DNA of 64,000 nt from Mobula hypostoma (Eukaryota), in contig NC_086097.1 in assembly GCF_963921235.1 (NCBI RefSeq), positions 85,686,001-85,750,000 on the forward strand, written 5' to 3'. The number at the start of each line of letters is the position of its first letter. The first letter of the stretch is position 1. Both the position numbers and the translations under genes were made by a program. Below the pieces are notes generated by a model. It did no database searches, had not been told where the DNA came from, and saw nothing but the letters and a program-made list of their open reading frames with translations. Below are positions 37,186 to 51,941 of this stretch, one piece after another.

Positions 37186-39354
37186 CAAATACAAGACAGC
37201 AAAACAGAAAAGATAGAATAAATAGTGTTTATACAGTGCCATCATACTTACGTTATCCACACTCCGATACAAATATGTATTTTGAATAGTATGCAACTTA
37301 TTGACAAGAAAGCCCTCCTAAATTAATAACAACAAGCAGTCCACCACCCCTATACTTGTGCAAGTGGTCCACCCAAAGCAGATCAACCATACACACAATT
37401 ATCTTACATGCTGCAAGGGATGACCATCACCAGACAAGAGCCAGTAATACTTCGAATAAACAAACAGCATAATCACTTCTTTATGCCCAAGTGTTAGCTA
37501 GGGTGCATCAGTTCAAGGTCAGGATGCATTCTGTTTCCCTGCTTAATCAGTGTACTTGACATTCTTCTAGTAACGGATCTGTTTGTCTTTCTGCAGCTTG
37601 TCATATACTTAAGGTCCATCAGTATAATGTTGCACAAACACTACTAGCAAAACACTCTAGTACAATAGAGGTTCCATTTTGTTTTAAACAAAAAATTCCA
37701 TATTGTTACTATAAGTAAAGTACATCTTCACAGTCTCAATATCATTGTGCAGTCTCTGCTCATAGAGAGCTGTCTCTAGGAGAAAGCAATGTTCCTTGGA
37801 CAGATGCTGAAGTCAGTCCAATGTAAGTGAACATCACCTATGTGGGGATTAAACTCAACTGCCTTCTGCTCTTGGTCACATAGTCTGATAGCCTTTACTC
37901 CGCTTTAAAAACTGGCCAGTTGGTACTTGTCGAAACCATTAAATATTCCCATGAAAAAGATGAAAACGGAGCAAGAGAAATGGAAAACAGTCTATAGTGG
38001 TTTCAGGACTGAATAACAATTGCCCTGTATGACGTTAACTTTGTGGTTGTGCAGAAGCAATAACATTTTTATTTGCTGTCAGTATGTAGCTGAAAAGGAA
38101 TTCCTTTCTAAACTGAGAAAAAAAATGAACTTGAAGATCCTGCCAACACTTTAGCTACACAAAACCAATATCACCATCTGTCAGAGCAGATGCATGGGGA
38201 GTGCACTGTATTTTCATATTGACAGAGCAGAACCTTTCAAAATACAGAAGTGTGGAATTCTATTATAGTAAGACCTTTAGAAATGGACTGAGTGACTTGA
38301 TTACACCAACTTCAGGAACATACAAATGGAAAGGAAATACCAATTGATTTGATGCTATTATAACTTTGAAAAACAAATAGATGTAGTGATCCTGACTCTC
38401 AAAGATTGCAGCACATTATGCATACAATGAAGTATTTAATTACAGGTAGTGGCTTTCTCATAAAACACTTCCTGCCATATCAATTGGGCAAATGACCAAT
38501 TTATCTCCTTGGTTGGCAGAAGAATTTTGACAAGGATAGTTCCCAGTTCCTCTTTAAACAAATATTCCAATGATTTACAAAAGAGTAGCACTATATCTTT
38601 TACAAAATTGGACATGAATGTTTATCCTTAATTCAGTGGCAGATAATGACAGAGAAGCTGTCATCACATACAGTCAGACCTTAGTTAGCAACATGATTAC
38701 ACTCAATTGACAGGCGTATACTAATGTTATACTTTGAAACATTCCTCATTTACAGCTGACATTCTGATTCTTGATCACCTTTCCCAGTCCAACAGAAAAA
38801 CAAAAATTGCAGCGCCCAATCAGCACCACTATCATATAAAAAAAAATTATTCACTTCCATGAGCCACACTGGGAGAAGTCTACATAATATTTATGGCCTA
38901 TTTCAAGCTACCCGATGCTGGTCTCTAATTTCTTCCAAAATCAATCACTTCACACACAATATTATCTCTTGTGCTGCCACATTTACACATTTAAAACATG
39001 CTCAACTGAAGAGAATTCTGTTTCCCGGAGACTGTTAATATTTTTTTACCATAATGGGACTTTCTGGTAAGCAATAAAACTGTGTGCTTCTATAATATTT
39101 TAGATAAGGAGAAAGCAAATGATGTGCTAATGACCCATGTTGCTGCCAAGGATAAACTGGTAGCTTGGGGTAGAAATTTAAACTTCTTAGGAAAAATTTT
39201 AAGTATATATTTTATGATGCAAATTATTTCCAACAGATTGGCATTGAAGCAATACATGAATGATTGATACTATAAGGCAAACTGATTTTCTACAGATGCA
39301 ATGAACATTGTTTCTTTTGCTTCTTATGTACTAATGAGCCCAGGAAATACACAT

Positions 39355-39356
39355 TA

Positions 39357-39402
<46 letters not shown>
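39355..39402. repeat. (TA)n microsatellite, imperfect
   Basis: Seen directly. Confidence 0.95.
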
Positions 39403-40008
39403 CACAGAATGGAAATACAATCAGAGGAAGCATTTAGCGATTATGGAAAAAGAAAGTTGGAAAAATGATCTATTGTAGAAACTATAAAGTACACGTGGCA
39501 GTAACTATTTGCAAATAGTCCGTGTTTATCATTGTCACATTAAGTGCAGCAACAAACACTTGGTACTTTTGAAAACATTATTGACCTTCTGCCCTGAGTA
39601 TGTGTATATCTCCTGACATTATTGGGTTACATGGTCATTGTCTATGGCACCAGCAGTAACTCCTCTTGCTTTAAGATATTTAGCAGGCAACAGAACAGTA
39701 ACACTTTTCTTCCTTAGCCATTAAATTTTAACTATGTATTTAATCTTAATGCGCGAGTTATTTCTGTATTCAAAGTAGAAGAGACAAGGAATGGTACAAT
39801 GGGCATTAGACAAAAGAAGATAATTAAATTAATAATTAGGAGAGAAGGAACAAGAAAGGATTGATAGAAATAGCTCCACATCAATAATTAAAACTCATTA
39901 TTCAGATTTATATTCAAAATTAAAACTATTCCTGCAGCATTCAGTGCATTTAAATCAATTCAGGATGTGTTATGTATGTTGATATATATTGGAGTTCTTT
40001 GAAACATA

Positions 40009-41629
<1,621 letters not shown>

Positions 41630-43179
41630 TATATTAGTGTTATTAGGTAAAAATGGGTCATCCAAGTTTATTGGTCAGAAACTCAAGAATCATTGTTTGC
41701 AAAGGTCACATAAAATACACCTGTATGTGAACTTACAGTTCTATTAAGCAAGCAATTGCTCACACTGGGAGCCAAGTACAGCACATCTATAGAGCAACCA
41801 TTGTTGAGCATATGACCAATGTAAAGTACCCTCAAAGGCAAGTCACCTTCTTGCATCCTTCTGATATTCACGAAAAGTTTACACTTATTATTTTTATTTT
41901 TAGTCTTCAACACTGCTTCTTTTTTCACTTTAGATGACCAAGAATTGCCAACAAAGAAAGGTAAGGCAATGATGATGAAAACATGCTGTCACTCAACTTT
42001 GCACTTGTGACTAACATTTCTGATACTGACAGGACATAGTGAAGAGATGTAGATTTGGCAAGGTAAAGGCTGCGAATAGCTGCCTGCCAGAGCAAGTGGA
42101 AAGAATACTATCCATGGCAGATTGCCGGCCATGGGAGTCACCTGAGCTCTGCCATAAACAATTTAGCTGGGGAATTAAATAGAGATATTATAGAAGAGAG
42201 ATGATGCAACATCCTATAAAACGCTGACCTTAATCAGTTAGTATATCCAACAACAATCTGGCCCAGGATTTTGTGCAGAATTTGGAGTCTTTCTTTTCCA
42301 GTTGGCCACTAGTGGAGGCAACATTGTTTCAGCAAAGCTTGGACATGATCTCTGCTGCCTTTGCCACTGGTTTTCAGAGGAAAATCAATCCATTGTTCTG
42401 CTGTCTACCTGTTGACAGTGTAAACGGACTGTTGCCCCCATGGTTACAGATTATTATGAAAAGTGGGGGGGTGTATACTTTGTCCTCTCTTGGGAAGAAA
42501 GATTTATTTTTGATATTTAAGCAATTGCTAGTGCCAGTACCTGCTAACCAGCTACCCAAGGTTGTTGCCAATCACAATGAGACTGTGTAGCCAGGACACA
42601 TGAAGTCTCCTTTGTTGTAAGTAAGTCTGCTTCCACTAGGCATGCCTCAGCCAGCAGGGTAGCATTTTGACTGCTATATGGGATATAGCACAATCTCATT
42701 TACGGGTTGCCTTGGCAGCCACCGGCAATGTAAATCTTGCTGTACTCTGAGGTTTCATTTGTGTCTTTAGTAGCTGAGTGTTCAGTCAGCACATCCTTTC
42801 TGAAGTGCTGACACCTCACATATGGACCCATGCTAAGGCTCAGGTAGATAAATGCTCCAGAATATTGAAGTTGCAGTTCCCTATAAGAATAATTCTGCCT
42901 GCCTGCCCTTTGCTAATTTTCATATATATGTTTGCTAATCACTACTATAGCAACACTACGACCATTTTGTACTACAATGAAGTGTTTTATTGTTCTAATT
43001 GTGTTTTTTCCTGAAAAATTGTATATTTATTTATATTTATATATTTTATATATATATATATGTTTCTTGTTAATGTTGTGTTGTTGGATCTTGATGTTTT
43101 TGATCCAAGCTTCTTTGGAAGTCAAGATTGAAGCATAACACTTGTTGATTATGATAGTTTATTAAGCGTTGTAAGAACA

Positions 43180-43300
43180 AAGAAGACAAAGGGAAAAAGA
43201 AGCATGAGGGAGGAAGGGAAGGAAGGGGAGAGTGGGAGAGGGAGAGGGACTGGGGCAGAGAGAGAAGGAGAGAAAAAAGAAAAAACAAAGACAAAGAGAT
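43180..43300. repeat. Purine-rich low-complexity tract
   Basis: Almost entirely G/A on the plus strand. Confidence 0.85.
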
Positions 43301-43352
43301 CGATCTATTATGGTCTGATCTTCTTATATTAGTTTGCTAATTCCATTGATTT

Positions 43353-45268
43353 CATAGAACATAGAACATAGAATAGTACAGCACAGTACAGGCCCTTCGG
43401 CCCACAATGTTGTGCCGACCCTCAAACCCTACCTCACATATAAGCCCCCACATTAAATTCCTCCATATACCTGTCCAGTAGTCTTCTTAAACTTCACTAG
43501 TGTATCTGCCTCCACCACTGACTCAGGCAGTGCATTCCACGCACCAACCACTCTCTGAGTAAAAAACCTTCCTCTAATATCCCCGTTGAATTTCCCACCC
43601 CTTACCTTAAAGTCATATCCTCTTGTATTGAGCAGTGGTGCCCTGGGGAAGAGGTGCTGGCTATCCACCCTATCTATTCCTCTTAATATCTTGTACACCT
43701 CTATCATGTCTCCTCTCATCCTCCTTCTCTCCAAAGAGTAAAGCCCTAGCTCCCTTAATCTCTGATCATAATGCATACACTCTAAACCAGGCAGCATCCT
43801 GGTAAATCTCCTCTGTACCCTTTCCAATGCTTCCACATCCTTCCTATAGTGAGGCGACCAGAACTAGATACAGTACTCCAAGTGTGGCCTAATCAGAGTT
43901 TTATAGAGCTGCATCATTACATCGCGACTCTTAAACTCTATCCCTCGACTTATGAAAGCTAACACCCCATAAGCTTTCTTAACTACCCTATCCACCTGTG
44001 AGGCAACTTTCACGGATCTGTGGACATGTACCCCGCGATCCCTCTGCTCCTCCACACTACCAAGTATCCTGCCATTTACTTTGTACTCTGCCTTGGAGTT
44101 TGTCCTTCCAAAGTGTACCACTTCACACTTCTCCGGGTTGAACTCCATCTGCCACTTCTCAGCCCACTTCTGCATCCTATCAATGTCTCTCTGCAATCTT
44201 TGACAATCCTCTACATTATCTACAACGCCACCAACCTTTGTGTTGTCTGCAAACTTGCCAACCCACCCTTCTACCCCCATATCCAGGTCGTTAATAAAAA
44301 TCACGAAAAGTGGAGGTCCCAGAACAGATACTTATGGGATACCACTAGTCACAATCCTCTAATCTGAATGTACTCCCTCCACCACAACCCTCTGCCCTCT
44401 GCAGGCAAGCCAATTCTGAATCCACCTGACCAAACTTCCCTGGATCCCATGCCTTCTGACTTTCTGAATAAGCCTACCGTGTGGAACCTTGTCAATTGCC
44501 TTACTAAAATCCATATCAATCACGTGCACTGCACTACCCTCATCTATATGCCTGGTCACCTCCTCAAAGAACTCTATCAGGCTTGTTAGACACGATCTGC
44601 CCTTCACAAAGCCATGCTAACTGTCCCTGATCAGACCATGATTCTCTAAATGCCCAGAGATCCTATCTCTAAGAATCTTTTCCAACAGCTTTCCCACCAC
44701 AGACGTAAGGCTCACTGGTCTATAATTACCCGTACTATCCTTACTACCTTTTTTGAACAAGGGGACAACATTCGTCTCCCTCCAATCCTCTGGTACCATT
44801 CCTGTGGACAACGAGGGCATAAAGATCCTAGCCAGAGGCTCAGCAATCTCTTCCCTCGTTTCATGGAGCAGCCTGGGGAATATTCCGTCAGGCCCCGGGG
44901 ACTTATCCATCCTAATGTATTTTAACAACTCCAACACCTCCTCTCCCTTAATATCAACATGCCCCAGAACATCAACCTCACTCATAGTGTTCTCACCATC
45001 ATCAAGTTCCCTCTCATTGGTGAATACCGAAGAGAAGTATTTGTTGAGGACCTCGCTCACTTCCACAGCCTCCAGGCACATCTTCCCACCTTTATCTCTA
45101 ATCGGTCCTATCTTCACTCCTGTCATCCTTCTGTTCTTCACATAATTGTAGAATGCCTTGGGGTTTTCCTTTACCCTACTCACCAAGGCCTTCTTATGTC
45201 CCCTTCTTGCTCTTCTCAGCCCCTTCTTAAGCTCCCTTCTTGCTTCCCTATATTCCTCAATAGACCCA
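43353..45268 (-). mobile_element. Relatively young CR1 LINE, 5'-truncated
   Basis: (CATAGAA)n tail. Four consecutive ORF2 pieces (KENPKAFY, DKSPGPDGIFPRLL, MDFSKAIDKVPH, KFADNTK, FFTQRVVGAWNALP) separated by few lesions. Confidence 0.95.
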
Positions 45269-46164
45269 TTTCCATAGATGACAGTTAACTACATGACTAC
45301 AACCACAAAGAAACACACTGGATATTTATATGTACATAGATCATTATATGAAAATACAAACAAGCATAAGAAAATTAAACTACAAGAAAATAACAATTAT
45401 ACAGTCCAATCCAACATGTACCTGATGCTATGAACCTGCGATGTTGCTGTAAGTGTGCACGTGTTCTTGAGCATATAACAATAAATTCAACTTTGAATTT
45501 CCTGGTCAGAAGGTGCAATCTGCGACTTTTCCATTCTAGACCTGCAGTTGAAATATTTAGAGAAAGTAACATTTTTAGTATTGTCATAGCAACAAGTAGA
45601 AGGAATTATCTCAGAAACTACTCTAAGTGGGAAATGACACCTTTAAATTGTGCATGTTGGGGAATTCCCTCTGCTGGTTAACCTATTTTCATTTGTTCAT
45701 TAATTAATGAACTACATTTGAGGGAAAAAACAAGGCTGAGATTTCAGGTTGATGACTTTCATCATCGCTGAAGAACTGGAAGTGATTCTGATGAAAGATT
45801 GGTGGGTAATTCCAATATAATTGGAAAGCGCAAAAACAAATTGACTTTTTATTTGCATTTGAGAATAAGAAAGGGAAGCAATGAGTTGTGAAAGAATACT
45901 CTCATATTAAATTAGCATTGCACATTAATTGACAATTTGATCTGTCACTCTGTGTTCTTCCAGTGGTTCAATCCGCTAATGGTTTCACCATTATCACTTC
46001 CAGAACCATTCGTTCAGGTATGTACATACCTGTAGATATAATTTTGGAAGTCTGAGGGCACTGATCCAAGCTTCATTCCAACAATTTGGCAGCACAGAAG
46101 CTATTCAATTATTTAAAAAGATAACAATATTTACTAAATGTCTTAATTATGACTATGGAGTGTA

Positions 46165-46660
46165 TGGGGTATCCAGGGAGGGGTAGCACTTCTGGTGAAG
46201 GGACTAGTGATGTCCATTCCAGGGTAGATTGCTCACCTTAGAGCCCACCAGATACTCAGCTCTCATCTGTGGCTTCACGTAGCTGTTTGCATGCAACAGC
46301 GGCCATCCCCTCCCAGTACACTGCTTAGACAGGTGGGCTAATCTAGGTGAGTGTAGCCAGTGGCCTCATACCCTTAGTGAGATAGGGACATGCCTGTCCT
46401 AGCATGCGAAACCAGTTCCGGCTTACTGGGAGGATGAGATCTAGAGTGAGGTTCAACGGCCGCGAAGGTGGTCCTGCAAATCTTCATAGAGAGTGAGAGA
46501 CATGACGAGGTAAGATGAAGTTATGTTCATCCACTGCAACCAAGGAAGACCCCATTTGTGACATTTGCTCATTACCTTGGACCCGGACCTCCGAGGTTAA
46601 GAGGGGGAACTGCCCCAGTGCAAGGGCTTTTCCACTTTAACATCTCTCCCACACAGGTTT
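46165..46660 (+). mobile_element. GC-richer interspersed repeat resembling an RTE-type 5' leader or derived SINE
   Basis: Abrupt composition change. GGGTAGCACTTCTGGTGAAGGG...CCAGTTCCGGC resembles RTE/Expander 5' UTRs by recall only. Confidence 0.35.
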
Positions 46661-47249
46661 CCTGCCAGAAACAACGGACAACCACCACCAACTATGACTG
46701 TAGTATTTATATGCTTGTACCAAGGATATAAACGTGCATTCCTGTAAACAGAAGATGGTGCAGAAATCTCAGTGAAGGCTTGCTTTAAATACCCATAGAA
46801 CTGCAAGAACTTGTGCTCCACAGACAGGTAGTTATTTGACAGTCTTAGGGCAGAAACCTGTAGATAATGTTCCCCAACCAAAGATGAGCACATTCAGGTG
46901 GTGAGATCAGATGATAATAAAGAAATCTGGGTTTATTGTACTTATCCCAGAATTCCACAATCATTTACATTGCACACACTCCTGCACCATCCCTAGCCTG
47001 CTTTTAAAAAAACTACTCCAATAACATCAGAGTCTGTTCCAAATACATATTCTAAAGATAAAGTCAAGCAGGCCTCAAATAATACTGTCAAGCACTGAAT
47101 AATTATTGTTTAAATTATATACCACTGCATTTCAAAAAGTTTATTATTTTCTAGAGAGCAAACAAAATGTTATAGTTGGGCTAAAGTACCAGTCTACAGT
47201 AGAAAATTATTTTGTCAAATGATTCCTGACAGTTTAATAGAATTAACCA

Positions 47250-48710
47250 ATGAGACCATAAGACCAAAAGACAGAGGAGAAGAATTAGGCCATTTGGTGC
47301 ATCGAATTTCTCCACCATTCCATCATGGCTGATTTATTATCCATCTCAACCCCATTCTCTTGCCATCTCACTGAAACCTTTGACACCCTGAATAATAAAA
47401 AAAACTATCAACCTTTACTTTAAATATATCCAGTGATTTGGCTTCCGCAACCTCTGTGGCAATGAATTCCACAGATTAACCACCCTCTGGCTTAAGAAAT
47501 TGCTCCTCATCTCTGTTCTAAATGGACGTCCCTCTATTCTGAGGCTGTGCCATCTGGTCACAGAATTCCCCTCACCAGAGGAAACATCCTATCCACAATC
47601 ACTCTATCTTGGCTTTTTAGTATTCAATAGGTTTCAAAGAGCTTCCGCATCACTCTTCTAAACTCCAGCGAGTACACGCCCAGAACCATGAACTGCTCTT
47701 TATACGTTAACACTTTCATTCCCAGAATTATTCTCCTGGACCCTCTTTAATACCAGCCATTTTGTTTTGGATAAGAGGCCCAAAACTTCTCACAGTACTT
47801 GAAGTGCAGTCTGACAAATACCTTATAAAGTCTCAGTGATACATTTTAGCTTTTATATCCTAGTCCGCTTGAAATGAATGTTAGAATTGCATTTGCCTTC
47901 CTTACAACCAACTCAACCTGCAAGTTAACCTTCAGGGAATCCTGCACAAGGACTCCAAAGTCCCTTTGCACCTCTGATTTTTTAAATTTTCTCTCTGTTT
48001 AGAAAACAGTCTATGCCTTTATTCCTTCTTACAAATTATTTAACCATACACTTCCCTACACTATATTCCATCTGTCACTTCTTTGCACATTCCCCTAATC
48101 TGTCCACATCCCTCTGCAGACTCCCTGCTTCCTCAACACTACTTGCTCCTCCACCTATCTTCGTATCATCCACAACTTGGTCACAAAGCCAACAATTCTA
48201 TCAATGCAAGTTACTAACATATAATGTGAAAAGAAGCAGTTGCAATACTAACCCCTGCGGACACCACCAGTCACCAGCAGCCAATCAGAAAAGGCCCTAT
48301 TTATTCCTACTCTTTACCTCCTGATAGTCAAGCAATCTTCTATTCCTGTGAGTGTCTTTCCTGTAATATCATAGGCTTTTATCTTGCTAATCATACTCGT
48401 ACATAGCACCTTTTCAAAGACCTTCTGAAAATCCAAGTAAACAACATCCACTGTCTCCCTTTTGTTTCTCCTGCCCGTTATTTCCTCAAAGAATTCCAAC
48501 AGATTTGTCAGGCAAGTTTTCCCCTTAAGAACACCACGCTGACTTTGGCCTACTTTATCATGTGCCTCCATCCTGTAACTTCATCCTTAATTATGGACTC
48601 CAACATCTCGTCAACCACTGAATTCAAGCTAACTGGCCTAAAATTTTCTTTCTTCTGCCTCCCTCTCTTCTTGAGGAGTGGAGTTATATTTGCACCTTTC
48701 CAGAATCTAG
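47250..48710 (-). mobile_element. CR1 LINE, degenerate
   Basis: Tail GAGACCATAAGACC. Motifs [34 protein letters not shown]. Confidence 0.9.
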
Positions 48711-48899
48711 AGATATGGCACAGAAAGAAATGATCCTGATCATTCTGGTCTTTCAATGAACAATCCAGTTAGTCTCACTCCCTTATATTTTCCCCATAAC
48801 TGTGCATATTTTACTTTTATTTATCCAACACCCAAAGATGTTTATTATTGAAGCCATAATCCTCATTCAGTAGTTTATTCTTATAATTGAAGTTTCTCC

Positions 48900-49680
48900 T
48901 CTTAGATCAACAGTATAATTTATCACTTCCTCAAAGTGGCCTTTCTACTTACAGTCATTTATGCCCACATACATTCAAGTCTCTCAATTCTTGTATCCCC
49001 TTTAGTATCTACTAATTGGACTATATTGTTCCTTCTTCCAAAATGTGTCACTGCATACTTCTCAGCATTAAATTCGATCTGCAGTTAGTCTGCCCATTTC
49101 ATCAGTCAATGTGCTCTTGAAATCCATTAACACCCTCTGCACAGATTAGCAAGAATCCAAGCTTTATTCATCTACAAATTTTAAATTATCATAAATGTCA
49201 CATATCAAAATTTATCTAAGTAACCATTTACTGAAACACTCTGCTTTCAGTCCCTTCGCCAATTTCAAACTGATGCTCCTGTTGACCCCTTTAGTGCAGT
49301 ACAACTTCTCATGAAATCCACACATCAATCATATAGTATTTATCAACTTTCTTCATTACTCATCAAAAATTTCAATCAGCCAAGCCAGGTAATTCAGACT
49401 TTTCAACAGTAAACAGTACAGCACTGGGCAGGCCATATGGCCCACGATGTTGTGCCAATCTCGATGCCAATTTATACTAAATGTCCTTCTCCTGTATGCT
49501 ATCCACAATTCCCTTCATTTTCATATGCCTAAAAGCCTCTTAAACTAATCCAAATTGCTTACTACCCACGTATTCCAGGTACCCTTTCACCCCTCACCGC
49601 GCCCCTAAAACCTTTAAAGCATGTCGTTCGATGTTTGACATTTCTATCCTGGGAAAAGATTCTGACTGTCCTTGCAACTA
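48900..49680 (-). mobile_element. Two old CR1 fragments
   Basis: Decayed RT region (CTTCCAAAATGTGTCAC...TTAAATTCGATCTGC) and a second 3' end at ~49410 (CAGTACAGCAC...GGCCCACGATGTTGTGCC). Confidence 0.6.
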
Positions 49681-50069
49681 GTTCTTTCCATATGACTAAG
49701 AAATTTTTCCTCCAGTTATTGTTTTTTAAATCTCCCCTATTGTCAAAGATAAACCAGTTAACCTACTATTGCAAGGACTGTACTGGCATTTGCCATTCTC
49801 TGGACCTCCATTGTGCTTACAGCAGCTTTCCAGTCAGCAGAGACTGAGGGGAAAGAGATGGGGCCCCCATAACAAACAGCACTGACAACACCATGTGGGT
49901 TTGGTTGTGGTAAAGTCAGCGAATCTTCTGAGAGTTTGATCAGTGAACAATGAGTATTCAGTTAATTACTTTTCAGGTGTAACCTCTGCCTTTTCGGTAC
50001 AGACTTCAAAGAAAGAATTTATTTCTTTGAGGTATTCTTTCTTAGGAAATCTTTTCACAATGCATTAAC

Positions 50070-50410
50070 CCATAAGATATAGGAGCAGAAGCAGGCCATT
50101 CAGCCCATCGAGTCTGCTCTGCCATTCAATCACGGGCTGATCCAATTCTTCCAGTCATCCCCACTCCCCTGCCTTCTCCCCCTACCCTTTGATGCCCTGG
50201 CTAATCAAGAACCTATCTATATACACCCAAAGACTTGGCCTCCACATCCACTCATGGCAACAAAATCCACAGATTTACCACACTCTGACTAAAGTAATTT
50301 CTCCGCATCTCTGTTCTAAATGGACGTCCTTCAATCCTGAAGTTGTGCCCTCTTGTCCTAGACTCCCCTACCATGGGAAATAACTTTGCTATATCTAATC
50401 TGTTCAGGCC
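50070..50410 (-). mobile_element. Short CR1 3' end, same subfamily as 29441
   Basis: Near-identical to ~29455-29807. Confidence 0.92.
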
Positions 50411-50764
50411 ACGTGCAAGTGCAGCTAAGAAAGAGAGAGGTAAGCAATGCAGCTCAATTTAATTAATTAACTTTAAGTATGTTTTCTTTTAGAATATAAC
50501 CAAGACATTTAAAAATATTCAAACTTTTGACAGTGTTGATAGTTAATTCATCTTGGGGCATTTATGTGGGTGGGGCTTGCTATTTATGAACCAAGGTGTC
50601 CATGTACCATACAGCCTTGCCATTTGGGATGAAACTGACTGCAGGGACTACTGAACCCACTCTAGGTAAGTACAGACCAACAGGTAAGAAAGTGGCAAAC
50701 ATAAGTGTCTGCCAGCTCCCAGGAAATTCAGGGTGGACATAAAGAATCTTCCAAGTTAAATATT

Positions 50765-50897
50765 ACATCCTGAAGAAGGATCTCAGCCCGAAATATCAAC
50801 TGCTTACTTATTTCCATAGATGCTGCCTGACCTGCAGAGTTCCCCCAGCATCTTGTGTGTGTTGGTTTGGACTTCCAGCATCTGCAGATTTTCTTGC
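50765..50897 (+). mobile_element. Penelope-like pLTR copy with hammerhead-like motif (50770-50802)
   Basis: CTGAAGA-A-GGAT CTCA GCCC-GAAA-TA-TC-AACTG, then AGATGCTGCCTGACCTGC...CCAGCATCTGCAGATTTTCTTG as at 23904-23984. Confidence 0.65.
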
Positions 50898-51941
50898 CTC
50901 TGTTGCTCTGACGACTCTAAGACCTAATTTACCTCCTGTTGAGAAGTGGTTCAAAACCCAAAAGCACCAAAGGCTGGAGCTGAAAACTGAATATGCTGGT
51001 AGTATTTAGCAAGTCATAGAGGTTCTAATAAAAGGTCACTGATCTAAAGCTCTGCTTCCTTCACCACTCACTGGTATTTGGTAGGATTCCACCTCTAAAT
51101 TAATCCTCTCAATATTTCAGTGATGTCCAGTATTAGCAAGAGATTCAAGTTTGTTTCCATCTTATTTTACAACAGATTTTACAGAAAGTACAAGTCACAG
51201 GCAATCTCCCAAGCCACAGGCAATAAAGGTCTGAGGTATGGGACCTGCCTTTGGATTGAGTTTATTTTATGAATAAGTGCCTCTTCCTGCCTTTCAAACG
51301 TCAGTAATTCCAGTGTCAGCATTTATAAAATATGGTGTGCTCTCTGACAAGAAATATACACAATTCAGATCTTCCTCGGAAATTTCATGTAATCAGCATC
51401 TTTTTAAGCAATGTGCATTTTTCTTTGTCATCCGTCTGTTTTTGTGAACAGCGATGTCATTAGCTGCCACATTACAGACAATAGATCATCAGTGAGAGAT
51501 CACCTACATTTGAAGGATGAGATTAAGCCCCAATCTCAGATGAGCAATTCCTAGTCCGATCAATGTGGCTTGCATCCTGTGGGAATGCATAAAGACTGCA
51601 ATAACATACAACCTTAAATTTCTATGCAGCCAATATCAATTATCCTGTTTATTGGATACATGTATTTGTCTCCTTAATATTATGTCTAATGTTTCATAAA
51701 GCCAATTCTATTAAAGGCAATGACATCCTTTAGTAGATAACATTGGGGCTATATTTGGTTGAAAAGGCCAGCTGAAGATCAAGTTACTCACCTTGAAAAC
51801 TCCAACAAAATCAATAAACCTCTTACCACTCCATTCAGTTTTGACCTGTAAAATTTCTCAGCACTGATATCCATCAGCATTCCCTCCCACTACCTGTTGT
51901 CTAGGAGACTTCTCGTTTCACTGTAGATACAGAACCTATTA

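Noticed and set aside
51792..51845. Minus-strand 54-nt segment between TTTTACAG and GTGAGT (VKTEWSGKRFIDFVGVFK)
   Set aside because: Short pyrimidine tract, unrecognised peptide, and possibly decayed LINE sequence.
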